Of a DNA stretch of 64,000 nt, positions 1 to 9,129 are shown in pieces (the first letter of the stretch is position 1; each line of letters begins with the position of its first letter). The notes under the pieces are model-generated. The model searched no databases, had not been told where the DNA came from, and saw nothing but the letters and a program-made list of their open reading frames with translations. The stretch comes from a virus. The translations under genes were made by a program, and so were the position numbers. The stretch is taken from positions 64,001 through 128,000 of IMG/VR virus record IMGVR_UViG_3300021962_000023; one strand, written 5' to 3'.

Positions 1-605
1 TTTTTAATCCAAAATGGTACGGATACCATTGTTTGGATTATCTTTGGGTCATTAGTACCATATCTTACAAAAGATGTTCTACTATGATGCCATTCATCAT
101 CTTCCTTCCACTTAAAACTCCAACTATCATTTGGTCTGATTCGATTTCCCTGATATATCCAATTTGTTGCTTGATATACAGTTCCTAAATGACCTGCTTT
201 TGGGTCTGAATACGATACTAATGCTTTGATATGTGATGCGTTTTCTCTCAACCATTCAAATGATTTACCAACAAACCAACTTTCAATATTACTACCATAT
301 CCATCAAATACAAATAAACGGGTTAGTTCTAAAACCTCCGTTCTATCTAATAGTTCCGAAATGGATGCGCCGGAATGTCTACCAACCGGGTCACCATAAC
401 AAGCTACTCCAATAAGTTTTTCGTTTACTCCACCAAAGAATTTGTGTTCATCGTTTGAAACATGAAACAAACCAATAGCATAAGATACCTTCGTCCATAT
501 ACCACTATAATGGTTATTGACGATGATATCTTTTGCTACATTTTTATTTATTGCTCTTACGATTAATTTAGAAATATCACAATATAACTTATTAGGTTCT
601 TTCAT
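1..605 (-). CDS. Mom-family (GNAT-like) DNA adenine modification protein, 3' end runs off the window
   Basis: Not in the ORF track. Manual translation from ATG at 605 is open to position 1: MKEPNKLYCDISK...EVLELTRLFVF...ALVSYSDPKAGHLGTVYQATNWIYQG. ELxRL, SY(S/A)D and GHxGxxYQAxNWxYxG are motifs I recognise from Mu Mom-like proteins. Confidence 0.8.
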   Translation of the reverse strand, partial: MKEPNKLYCDISKLIVRAINKNVAKDIIVNNHYSGIWTKVSYAIGLFHVSNDEHKFFGGVNEKLIGVACYGDPVGRHSGASISELLDRTEVLELTRLFVFDGYGSNIESWFVGKSFEWLRENASHIKALVSYSDPKAGHLGTVYQATNWIYQGNRIRPNDSWSFKWKEDDEWHHSRTSFVRYGTNDPKIIQTMVSVPFWIK

Positions 606-822
606 AAGGCCACTTTATCATGTGTGTCCACGTTTGGTTTGTAACTATTTTTTTAATGTTAGCAGGGGATACTTTATAGTTCCTAGCAATAACATTTATA
701 TTCCTATGACCTATTTTGTATAGTTCTCTGATTTGCAATATCTGCTCTTCAGTCAATTTGTGCATTGGATGCGATTCTCCTCTTAACATATGTCTAATAT
801 AACCAATTTTTTTGATAATCAC
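592..822 (-). CDS. small helix-turn-helix DNA-binding protein (resembles the C-terminal domain of HNH homing endonucleases, no nuclease domain)
   Basis: 76 aa; RGESHPMHKLTEEQILQIRELY...IARNYKVSPANIKKIV; stop overlaps the Mom-like start. Confidence 0.55.
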   Translation of the reverse strand: MIIKKIGYIRHMLRGESHPMHKLTEEQILQIRELYKIGHRNINVIARNYKVSPANIKKIVTNQTWTHMIKWPYERT

Positions 823-831
823 AAATTTATT

Positions 832-1095
832 TTACTTTAAATGTTCATTTAATGCATTTACATAGGTTAATTTCGAAGATGCTCCGGTGAATCTATCCAC
901 TTCTTTTCCATCTTTTTCGATAATTACCGTAGGTACGGAACGGATTCCGTATTTTGTAGCTTCATCGTATGCCACATCAACATCATAATCTTCAAATATT
1001 ACATTTGAAAATTGAGTCTTTACTTCGTTCATAACCGGAGCTAGTGCTCTACAAGGTCCGCACCATGCTGCGGAGAATTTTTTAACTGTTACCAT
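832..1095 (-). CDS. trxA: thioredoxin
   Basis: WCGPC active site, YGIRSVPT, downstream of nrdAB. Confidence 0.95.
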   Translation of the reverse strand: MVTVKKFSAAWCGPCRALAPVMNEVKTQFSNVIFEDYDVDVAYDEATKYGIRSVPTVIIEKDGKEVDRFTGASSKLTYVNALNEHLK

Positions 1096-2129
1096 TCTTT
1101 TAAATTTTTAGTTCGTTCTATTGATGTTAAATAATGTAAATTCATCATTTTAATTTCATTTGGGAATATAGTTTTGAAATTTTCATTCATTTGTTTTGCA
1201 TGATAGAATATTGATTTTCTATTATGTTCGTAATTATCTATACATTTCTCCCACATTGTATAAATTTCTTCTTTAGATTTTTTTGATAAATCTAAAATTA
1301 TTTCTTGTATCCTATCCATTCGTTCCGAATCAGGCAAATCATCATAACTTTCATCTATAATATCAGAAAATGTTCTGAATCCCATTTTTTGTAAATTTCT
1401 CAAAGTATGTCTTTGCCCTATTACAATAAATGGTCTAGGAAATGCCAATGCTCTAAATGTTTTTTCAGATATAAAAGTATATGGTATTGATAATATTTCA
1501 GAAGAATATTTAGATTCATTCAATATATTAATAGCACTATTTTTATATATTTCAGTTAATTCATTATGGTTTGCATGCGTTGATTGATTGTAATTTTCTT
1601 CAAAATTACGCTCATTATTCCATAAAAATGAGTAATATGATATGCTTTTTAAATCATTAGAATCAAAAAATGTTTTGAATTGTATTTTATGTTCTTTACT
1701 CGTTCTATTTAATGTTAAAAAATGTTTTTCAAAATTCATATCCAATGGAAAAGGATATTCTCCTGAATTAAAGTATTCTGCTGGTGTTACAAAATTTAAA
1801 TGAAATGGATAATAATAAAAATTAAATTGAAAAAATCCCAATAAACTTTCATATTCTTTACTTCTATTTTCATATAGAATGTGAAATTTTTTAGTATTAA
1901 TTTTCTTCTCTAAAAAAAATTCATGTATTCTATATAAATGTAATATAGATGTTTGTGTAAGCGGTTCTCCACGTTCACAATATATTAGTTTATATTCTCT
2001 ATAATTTGCTTCATAAAACTCCAACAATTCATCAATTTCTTTGTTTGAAAAAAATATAAGAATTGGTCGATTTATTAACAATGTTTTAGATATATCATCT
2101 ATTACAATATATTCTTTAAAATTATTCAT
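1089..2129 (-). CDS. hypothetical protein with GT10/fucosyltransferase-like C-terminal motif
   Basis: 346 aa; NES...TFISEKTFRALAFPRPFIVIG...GFRTFSDIIDESYD resembles the GT10 E...YI(S/T)EK...A...PxVxG motif. Confidence 0.45.
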   Translation of the reverse strand: MNNFKEYIVIDDISKTLLINRPILIFFSNKEIDELLEFYEANYREYKLIYCERGEPLTQTSILHLYRIHEFFLEKKINTKKFHILYENRSKEYESLLGFFQFNFYYYPFHLNFVTPAEYFNSGEYPFPLDMNFEKHFLTLNRTSKEHKIQFKTFFDSNDLKSISYYSFLWNNERNFEENYNQSTHANHNELTEIYKNSAINILNESKYSSEILSIPYTFISEKTFRALAFPRPFIVIGQRHTLRNLQKMGFRTFSDIIDESYDDLPDSERMDRIQEIILDLSKKSKEEIYTMWEKCIDNYEHNRKSIFYHAKQMNENFKTIFPNEIKMMNLHYLTSIERTKNLKEW

Positions 2130-2139
2130 TTCATTTATT

Positions 2140-3921
2140 TTAACCTTCGCAACTCACACAAGTTTCATCCATTGCTCTTGCTGCTATATCACCTCTCAAT
2201 ACTGATTCGGTTCTCATATAGTACAAAGTCTTAACTCCTTGCTTCCATGCTTCCATATGAATTTGGTTAATCCACTTTGGTTCTGCTGTTGCAGGGAATG
2301 CTAAGTTTAGAGAAACTGATTGGTCAATGTATTGTTGTCTTACACCGGCTTGTCTTACTAAATCCAATTGATTAATTTCCTTAAATGTTTTGAATACATC
2401 TTTAACTGAACTACATCTATGTGCTCTCTCGTCAATTGATACTTCTTTACATTCAATTAGTTTACCATCCGAAAAACACCAATCATCTAAGAAATCTAAA
2501 TCTTGTACCGAACCACCATCTGCAAGGATTTTATCCCATACTTCCTTAGTGTTCTTACCAATTTTCTTAAATACTCTTTCCAATTCAGGGTTCTTTCTAA
2601 TGAAAGTTCCTTTTGATGTTTGTTCGGTAAATACATTGGCTGCCCAAGGTTCAATACCACTACTTACATTACCACTCAACTTAGAGTTTGAAACAGTTGG
2701 TGCTACTGCTCTTAGGTGTGTGTTTCTAAATCCACTTTCTTTACACCACAATGGTTCACCATATTCAGATGCTAAATCTCTACTTGCTCTTTCGGATTCA
2801 ATCTTCATTTGAGAGAAAATCTTACGAGTTTCAAATTGAGCTTGCAATCCTTCAAATGGTAATCCTTTTTGTTGTAAGTAAGTGTGCCATCCTAATACAC
2901 CTAACCCCAATGCTCTACCTCTTTCTGCAGAACGAACCGAATTCTCAAATCCCTTCATATTCTTTGCTCTCTGAATGAACTCTTCTAATACACCATCTAA
3001 AAAGATAGTAGCAGTGTATACTAAATCAGTATCTTTCCACTCATCGTATTTTGCTAAATTTAAAGAACTTAAACAACAAACAAATGAGTGTTGTTCATCG
3101 GTATGTAAAACGATTTCAGAACAAATGTTAGTCATATGTACTTTTAATCCGTTCTTCTTATACATTTCAGGGTTTTGTTTGTTTACATTACCCTTATACA
3201 TAATGTAAGGTTCGCCAGTTGCTTTACGCTTCTGAAGTAACTTACCCCATTTTCTACGAGCTTCCGAATCACCTTCCTCAACTTTCTTCATAAATCTATC
3301 ACTAACTACAACGCATTGATGTAAGTTAAGTGATTGGCGATTTACATCTCCCTTTGGTTCTCTGATTTCTAAAAAATCTTCGAAATCCTTATGTTCGATT
3401 TTAATGTTTACCGATGCTGCCCCTCTACGAACACTACCCTGATTGGTTGCAAGTATCGTAGAATCGTAGATTTTAGCAAATGGTACAATACCATCACTCG
3501 TTCCATTGCCGGTGATTTTAGAACCTGCGGGTCGTATCATATTGATTCCAATACCAACACCACCACCATGCTTTGCTAACAACATCAATTCTAAGTTCTT
3601 AGAACCAATTTCATAAACACTATCACCCACATCGATACCGAAGCAAGAGATTGGTAAACCTCTATCAGTACCTGTGTTTGATAATACAGGCGTTGCTAAA
3701 CACAACCATCCCTTCCAAATGTAATCAAAGAATTTTGTTGCTAATTGCGGTTTATCCAATCTTTTAGCAACTGCCGTAGCAACTCTCCAATATGCATCCT
3801 TTGGCTTTTCGCCAGCTTGTAAATAAGTTTTCGATATAGTTTTTACATATATCTCATTATTTCCCCACGATGGGAAATCAACATCGACTTCCCATCCGTA
3901 TTCTTCTCCGAAATTTTTCAT
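2140..3921 (-). CDS. nrdA: ribonucleotide reductase class I alpha subunit (short, no N-terminal ATP cone)
   Basis: ATPVLSN, SCF, TNICSEI, APTVSNS, KTLYY and C-terminal CxxC (CVSCEG). Confidence 0.95.
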   Translation of the reverse strand: MKNFGEEYGWEVDVDFPSWGNNEIYVKTISKTYLQAGEKPKDAYWRVATAVAKRLDKPQLATKFFDYIWKGWLCLATPVLSNTGTDRGLPISCFGIDVGDSVYEIGSKNLELMLLAKHGGGVGIGINMIRPAGSKITGNGTSDGIVPFAKIYDSTILATNQGSVRRGAASVNIKIEHKDFEDFLEIREPKGDVNRQSLNLHQCVVVSDRFMKKVEEGDSEARRKWGKLLQKRKATGEPYIMYKGNVNKQNPEMYKKNGLKVHMTNICSEIVLHTDEQHSFVCCLSSLNLAKYDEWKDTDLVYTATIFLDGVLEEFIQRAKNMKGFENSVRSAERGRALGLGVLGWHTYLQQKGLPFEGLQAQFETRKIFSQMKIESERASRDLASEYGEPLWCKESGFRNTHLRAVAPTVSNSKLSGNVSSGIEPWAANVFTEQTSKGTFIRKNPELERVFKKIGKNTKEVWDKILADGGSVQDLDFLDDWCFSDGKLIECKEVSIDERAHRCSSVKDVFKTFKEINQLDLVRQAGVRQQYIDQSVSLNLAFPATAEPKWINQIHMEAWKQGVKTLYYMRTESVLRGDIAARAMDETCVSCEG

Positions 3922-3931
3922 AAATTATAAT

Positions 3932-4945
3932 TTAAAATATATCATCCCAATTTTCACCTTCTCCTGCTTTTGAGTAATCCGTTGGTCTCATTGCAAAGAA
4001 ATCGGTATGTGTAACTCCTCCTGTAAGATGATAAAACCAATCCAATTCAGATGCTTTCTTCTCATCAAATTCAAAGTAATCATCTCCTCCTGGTATTGGA
4101 TTGTAACCTAATTCTGCTAACTTTTCATTAACTCTCTTTGTAATGAATTCTTTTAGGTCATCTTTTTTAAGATTCTCCAAATCACCCATTTCGAAAATCT
4201 TATCAATGAATTTGTGTTCCAAATCTCTAATTATTTCAGCTGCTTTGTAGATATCCTCTTTTGCTTCTTCTAACAATTCAGGAAACTCTTCACACATATG
4301 TCTGAATAATTGTACTCCCATCTTTGAGTGTAGTGATTCATCCCTTACACTCCATTTCATTTGTTGTCCAATTCCTTTTAATAGGTTTCTCATTTGAAAT
4401 GAATACAATACAGCGAATGATGAATACAATGCAACTCCTTCAGCGAATGCTGAAAAGATTGCAAGTGAACGAGCTACTTCCTTTCTAGCAATTGGATTTG
4501 TATCCAAATCTTTTGGAGTCCAATCTGCGGTTGTATTTGTTAATAACTCAAATCTCTCTTTCATTGCTTCATCGTGTAAGAATCCTTCAAAGTCATCTAA
4601 CCCCAATGTTTCATTTAAGTATGAATATGCAATTGAGTGAATTGTTTCTTGTGAACCGAATGCCATTGCCATCTGTCTAATCTCATGCTTTGGAAACCAT
4701 TTGGTAACCATACCAGTCCAATAATCAGAAACGGCACATTCAGTTTGAGCAAATCCTAAAAGAATATTACCTACTAAATGCTTTTCTTCTTTTGTTAAAT
4801 TTTCATTCCAATCTTTGACATCCCCTTGCATTGGTATTTCAGTATGTAACCAAAACGCCTGCATTTGTTTCAGCCAACCCTCATTATAATAATCCGGATA
4901 TTCAAAGGGTTTAAAAGGAATTCTTTCTGTAAATAATTTGCTCAT
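3932..4945 (-). CDS. nrdB: ribonucleotide reductase class I beta subunit
   Basis: ETIHSIAY (radical Tyr at H+4), EGVALYSSF, RDESLH, C-terminal TDFF. Confidence 0.95.
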   Translation of the reverse strand: MSKLFTERIPFKPFEYPDYYNEGWLKQMQAFWLHTEIPMQGDVKDWNENLTKEEKHLVGNILLGFAQTECAVSDYWTGMVTKWFPKHEIRQMAMAFGSQETIHSIAYSYLNETLGLDDFEGFLHDEAMKERFELLTNTTADWTPKDLDTNPIARKEVARSLAIFSAFAEGVALYSSFAVLYSFQMRNLLKGIGQQMKWSVRDESLHSKMGVQLFRHMCEEFPELLEEAKEDIYKAAEIIRDLEHKFIDKIFEMGDLENLKKDDLKEFITKRVNEKLAELGYNPIPGGDDYFEFDEKKASELDWFYHLTGGVTHTDFFAMRPTDYSKAGEGENWDDIF

Positions 4946-5032
4946 ATTTTTATTTTGTTTATGTTTGAAGTGTAGGTATAACTATGTTCCGAATTTATAA
5001 ATTTTCCTTTTTCTTTAGAAAATTTTATACAA

Positions 5033-6388
5033 TTATCCCATATTTTCAACATACTTTTTGTGTAATAATTTCTTCTCTAAATTCTCTCCGTTTTTAGAGT
5101 CTTTGGTTGCATTCATACCATCTTGCGATGTTGCTGCAAATACATCCATCACCCCATGGAATGTATCAATCTTAGCTGGAAAAGTCATTCCATCAGGTCC
5201 AAATCGATTTTTAACGATGTGAATACGACCTGTATTTGATAACTTATCCTTAGTTTTTCTACTAACACTCATAATAAAGTCGGCAGTTTGAACTTTCTTA
5301 TACGAATCTCCAACCGAATCCGCTTGAATAACTTCATGCTCAATAGCCGCTCTATTGGTCTGTGTTGCTGTCCAAATTGGAATACCGGCTTCTCCACTTA
5401 AACCTCTAAGTTCTTCGTAGATTCCACCTAATTCAGCGTATAAACCATCTCTACCACTGCCACTTTTTAATAAATCGGCGTAATCGATGATGATTAAATC
5501 TGGTGCAAATCCAATTTGTTTTAACTTTTCAATATGAGCTGCAAGAGTTTTAGAAGATGCGAACTGTGGTGGATAGTACTTAATACGAACTCTGCCCGGC
5601 GTACCTTTAATCTTTCTGATAATCTCATCCTTTCGTTCTTTATGTTCTGATGTTTGGATTCCAGTCAAAATTGTAGTATATCTTTGTCCTACATAACTTT
5701 CGGATAATTCCAAAGAGTAGTGTAAAACATTTTTACCTTTTTGTAATGCCGAACATGCTATCTTTGATAAGAACCAACTCTTACCAATACCAGATGGTGC
5801 CATTACAACTCCTAATTCACCTGGTCCTAAACCACCATCCATTAATTCATCAATAACTTCCCATCCCGTTGATACTGAATTTCGTTTGACATCTTCCATA
5901 ATGAGTTCAAACTCATCAATGTAATCCAAACCCAAATCAGATTCTACACCAACTTTGGATGCTGCCATCATTGTTTCTATAATCCTATCGTAATTACCTG
6001 CTTTAAGTAAATCTACGGATTTTAGAAGAGCATCTTTAACTTTTTGATTTTTAGCGAATGTAAGATATTCTTTCTTAACATAAGGTAAATCATTTGATTC
6101 AATTTGTAGATAAACATGTTTTAATTGTTCAACTACGGTTTGCTTTAATGCCTTATCTTCAATACTTCCAACTTTGATTTTGAACACTTCCATAGTTGGA
6201 ACTGCACGGAATTCGTTGAAGTAATTTTGTACCTCATCTACAATCCATTGGTTTGCTTGTGATTCAAAAAATGCCGGTTTAGTGATTTCGTTTACCTGTT
6301 CAAGAAACTTAACATCCGTTATAAGTGAAGCAACAACTTTTGATTGATACGATTGTCCATATTTTACCAATGTATCTACTGCTTCCAT
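5033..6388 (-). CDS. gp41: replicative helicase, T4 gp41/DnaB-like
   Basis: Walker A MAPSGIGKS, YSLELSE, Walker B IIIDYADLL, TATQTNR, KNRFG. Confidence 0.92.
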   Translation of the reverse strand: MEAVDTLVKYGQSYQSKVVASLITDVKFLEQVNEITKPAFFESQANQWIVDEVQNYFNEFRAVPTMEVFKIKVGSIEDKALKQTVVEQLKHVYLQIESNDLPYVKKEYLTFAKNQKVKDALLKSVDLLKAGNYDRIIETMMAASKVGVESDLGLDYIDEFELIMEDVKRNSVSTGWEVIDELMDGGLGPGELGVVMAPSGIGKSWFLSKIACSALQKGKNVLHYSLELSESYVGQRYTTILTGIQTSEHKERKDEIIRKIKGTPGRVRIKYYPPQFASSKTLAAHIEKLKQIGFAPDLIIIDYADLLKSGSGRDGLYAELGGIYEELRGLSGEAGIPIWTATQTNRAAIEHEVIQADSVGDSYKKVQTADFIMSVSRKTKDKLSNTGRIHIVKNRFGPDGMTFPAKIDTFHGVMDVFAATSQDGMNATKDSKNGENLEKKLLHKKYVENMG

Positions 6389-6627
6389 TATGCTTCAGCG
6401 TTTTGTTTTCTTAATTGTTTTTTAGATTTAACCGTTTCTACTTGGTCGGTTGCTTGGTCGGTAGCTTGGTCGTTCTTTGGTTTACGAATTGCTGCTTTCC
6501 ATTCTGACTTTGGACAGAATGCCCATACTTTGGTACTTACTTTTGTATCTGCTTCCGAATCTGTTACTCTACGGATTGTACCTAGTTTGTTGTCTTTTGT
6601 TTCTTTTACTACTTTAATACACTTCAT
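6388..6627 (-). CDS. hypothetical protein
   Basis: 79 aa ORF translationally coupled to the helicase; short DQAT tandem repeat. Confidence 0.75.
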   Translation of the reverse strand: MKCIKVVKETKDNKLGTIRRVTDSEADTKVSTKVWAFCPKSEWKAAIRKPKNDQATDQATDQVETVKSKKQLRKQNAEA

Positions 6628-6655
6628 ACTTTTTGTCCATGTTTAATTTAAAAAA

Positions 6656-6961
6656 TTATTTTACTACCATTAAGATTTCCGATTCTCTTAATAAGATGTA
6701 TTTGTTACCACCTACTTTGATTTCTTGTCCTTGGTGATATGGTGGAAGAATCACTTCATCGCCTACTTCAACACTCATTGGAATTAATGTTCCACTTTGT
6801 GTATAAATGCCAGGTCCTACTGATTCTACTTTTGCTCTTTTGATATCTTCACTTCGAACTGAATCGGGAATAATGATACCACCTGCTGTTTGTGTAACTT
6901 CTGGTTCTAACTCTGATAGAAGAACTCTATCTCCTAAAGGTTTTGCTAATCTGTCTGCCAT
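6656..6961 (-). CDS. groES: co-chaperonin GroES
   Basis: KPLGDRVL, TAGGIIIPD mobile loop, VGPG, VEVGDEV, ILLRESEIL. Confidence 0.95.
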   Translation of the reverse strand: MADRLAKPLGDRVLLSELEPEVTQTAGGIIIPDSVRSEDIKRAKVESVGPGIYTQSGTLIPMSVEVGDEVILPPYHQGQEIKVGGNKYILLRESEILMVVK

Positions 6962-6965
6962 TTGT

Positions 6966-8033
6966 TTAAAATTTTGCTATGTGAGAGAATGTGGATTGTA
7001 ACCAGTCCGTAACATTTGGAAATGAATCCAATACACGCGTTTTCAATCCGATTTTTAAAAATTCTTGCTTACTGAATTTATCCGTTGGTTCGTTGTATCT
7101 ATCCATAATTTTCATACGAAGATTACCACTAAATGTTGGTTCAGATAATTGCATCAATTTACGATTTCTTTTTAAGATTTCCAAATTATTCTCAAATAAA
7201 TCGTGAGCTTTTGTTTTCTTTGGTTGCTCTTTGATATATTCTAATAAAGATTCGGTAGTTTGTACTTCCTCTTCTGCTAATATTGGAAATGATTTAATAA
7301 TCGTTTTCAGTCCTAAACCAGTAATACCTTCTACATTATCCGATTTATCACCATCAATCATTCTGAAATTGATAAAATTATGTGGGTGAATACCAAATTC
7401 TTCTTTAACTTCATCAATATTGTAAACTTTCTTTTTAGATGGTGAATATACACTCACATCCTTGTTTACCAATTGTAAGAAGTCCTTATCGGTACTCATT
7501 ATAATAACTTTCTCATTTTCTTGCTTCAATTGAGTAGCAATATATGCAATAACATCATCGGCTTCAATTCCATCATAAATCATAATGGAAACGGGTAGAG
7601 CTGAAAGTAACTCACCTAATCCAACCATTTGGCGTTTCATAGATGCGCTTTCTTCTTCAGGATTCATTTCAACCGAAGCGGCACGATTCAATCTCATTTT
7701 GATTTTGTTCTTACCTCTTTCGGATTTGTAACCCGAATATATATCCTTTCTGCTTTGTGAACCCCCTTTACCATCGAAAACTACGACTACTCTTGTAGGG
7801 TTTAATGTACGGATGGCGTAGCCGATACTTTTTAAAGTACCGACTATTCCTCCAATGTGGTCACCATTATCATTAAGATTTGGTGCAGTTGACCAGGAAC
7901 GAATGAATGTGTTTAATCCATCAATTACTAAAGTTTTTGAATTACGATGTAAATCGCCAAAACCTTTGTGTTCCTCATCTATTTGTTTTAGTATATCTAA
8001 ATACTTTTTGTTAATCTGACTCATTGCCTTCAT
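6966..8033 (-). CDS. 5'-3' exonuclease / RNase H (T4 Rnh / Pol I N-terminal type); start at 8033 or 8024
   Basis: VIDGLN, VFDG, SRKDIYSGYKSER, EADDVIA, STDKDFLQL, GDKSDNVEGITGLGLKT. Confidence 0.92.
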   Translation of the reverse strand: MKAMSQINKKYLDILKQIDEEHKGFGDLHRNSKTLVIDGLNTFIRSWSTAPNLNDNGDHIGGIVGTLKSIGYAIRTLNPTRVVVVFDGKGGSQSRKDIYSGYKSERGKNKIKMRLNRAASVEMNPEEESASMKRQMVGLGELLSALPVSIMIYDGIEADDVIAYIATQLKQENEKVIIMSTDKDFLQLVNKDVSVYSPSKKKVYNIDEVKEEFGIHPHNFINFRMIDGDKSDNVEGITGLGLKTIIKSFPILAEEEVQTTESLLEYIKEQPKKTKAHDLFENNLEILKRNRKLMQLSEPTFSGNLRMKIMDRYNEPTDKFSKQEFLKIGLKTRVLDSFPNVTDWLQSTFSHIAKF

Positions 8034-9114
8034 CCGTTGTTATTTCAACTTCCTCTGATGCTGATGTTTTGTATTGTAATATAGTTGCTTCACAAATCCT
8101 ACGATAGATTTGGTCTTTCAATTCTTCGTTTTCTAGCATTTTTGCGAAATCTTTGGATTGAAACTTCATAATCTCTCCGGTATCGATATCAGTATATTCG
8201 TACCAAGCACCTGCTTGCTTTACTAATTTACCATCTTTCATAACCGATAACCAACCTCCGTAGTTATCAATACCTCTATCAAAGAAGATATCGAAATCTG
8301 CGTGTCGTAATGGTGGTCCCATACGATTCTTAATAACCTGGCAACGAACTTTAATACCTACGATTTTATCTCCGGCTTTAAGTTGTCCCATATTCTTCAA
8401 ACGAACTCTAACAGAAGCATGGAATGCTAATGCTTTACCACCCGATGTTGTCCAAGGGTCACCAAACATTGCGTTCATCTTTTGTCTTAATTGGTTTGTG
8501 AAGATTAAAGCGATGGATTGTCTACCAATCATATTGGTAATCTTTCTCATTGCCTTACTGATGATAATTGCTTTATCAGTTGCGTAACCATCTTTATCAT
8601 AATCAGCTTCCAACTCTTTTTTAGTTGATGCGGCTGCTACTGAATCGACTACGATTGTAACTAATCTATCCTTATCGCCTTTACGAACCTGCTCAATAAT
8701 TGTTTCACATGCTTCGAAGATACCTTCAACGGTATCAACTGAAACATATAGGAGTTTTGAGATATCTACTCCAATTGCTTCCAAAAATTCTCTACTAACT
8801 GCGGTTTCGGTATCAATCAATACTGCAACACCACCTTTTCGTTGTGTTTCAGCAAGGAGATGGGCGGAGAGCAAAGATTTTCCACTTTGCTCTAAACCCG
8901 TAATCTCACTAATACGTCCTACTGGCAATCCACCATAAGGTCGGTTTGATATTGCTACATCCAACATTGCGTTACCCGTAGATAACCAATCTTTAACATT
9001 TGTAGGGGCATCGCCTCCTTCATCTGTCAGGAAGTATGCAATCTTACCATCCTTATTTTGTTTGTTTAGAGAATCGGCAAGTAAACCTGCTAAATCTTCT
9101 TCTCTTTTTGCCAT
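8011..9114 (-). CDS. uvsX: RecA/UvsX recombinase
   Basis: GLEQSGKS Walker A, IDTETA, VVDSVAA, FTNQLR, GGKALAFHASVR, KNRMGPP. Confidence 0.95.
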   Translation of the reverse strand: MAKREEDLAGLLADSLNKQNKDGKIAYFLTDEGGDAPTNVKDWLSTGNAMLDVAISNRPYGGLPVGRISEITGLEQSGKSLLSAHLLAETQRKGGVAVLIDTETAVSREFLEAIGVDISKLLYVSVDTVEGIFEACETIIEQVRKGDKDRLVTIVVDSVAAASTKKELEADYDKDGYATDKAIIISKAMRKITNMIGRQSIALIFTNQLRQKMNAMFGDPWTTSGGKALAFHASVRVRLKNMGQLKAGDKIVGIKVRCQVIKNRMGPPLRHADFDIFFDRGIDNYGGWLSVMKDGKLVKQAGAWYEYTDIDTGEIMKFQSKDFAKMLENEELKDQIYRRICEATILQYKTSASEEVEITTDEGNESD

Positions 9115-9129
9115 TGTAACTTTTTAATT

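Noticed and set aside
592-822. Homing endonuclease
   Set aside because: Only the DNA-binding tail is present; no HNH, GIY-YIG or LAGLIDADG catalytic motif, and no intron context.
6440-6480. 12-nt DQAT tandem repeat
   Set aside because: Only 2-3 copies in a disordered linker; no evidence of function.
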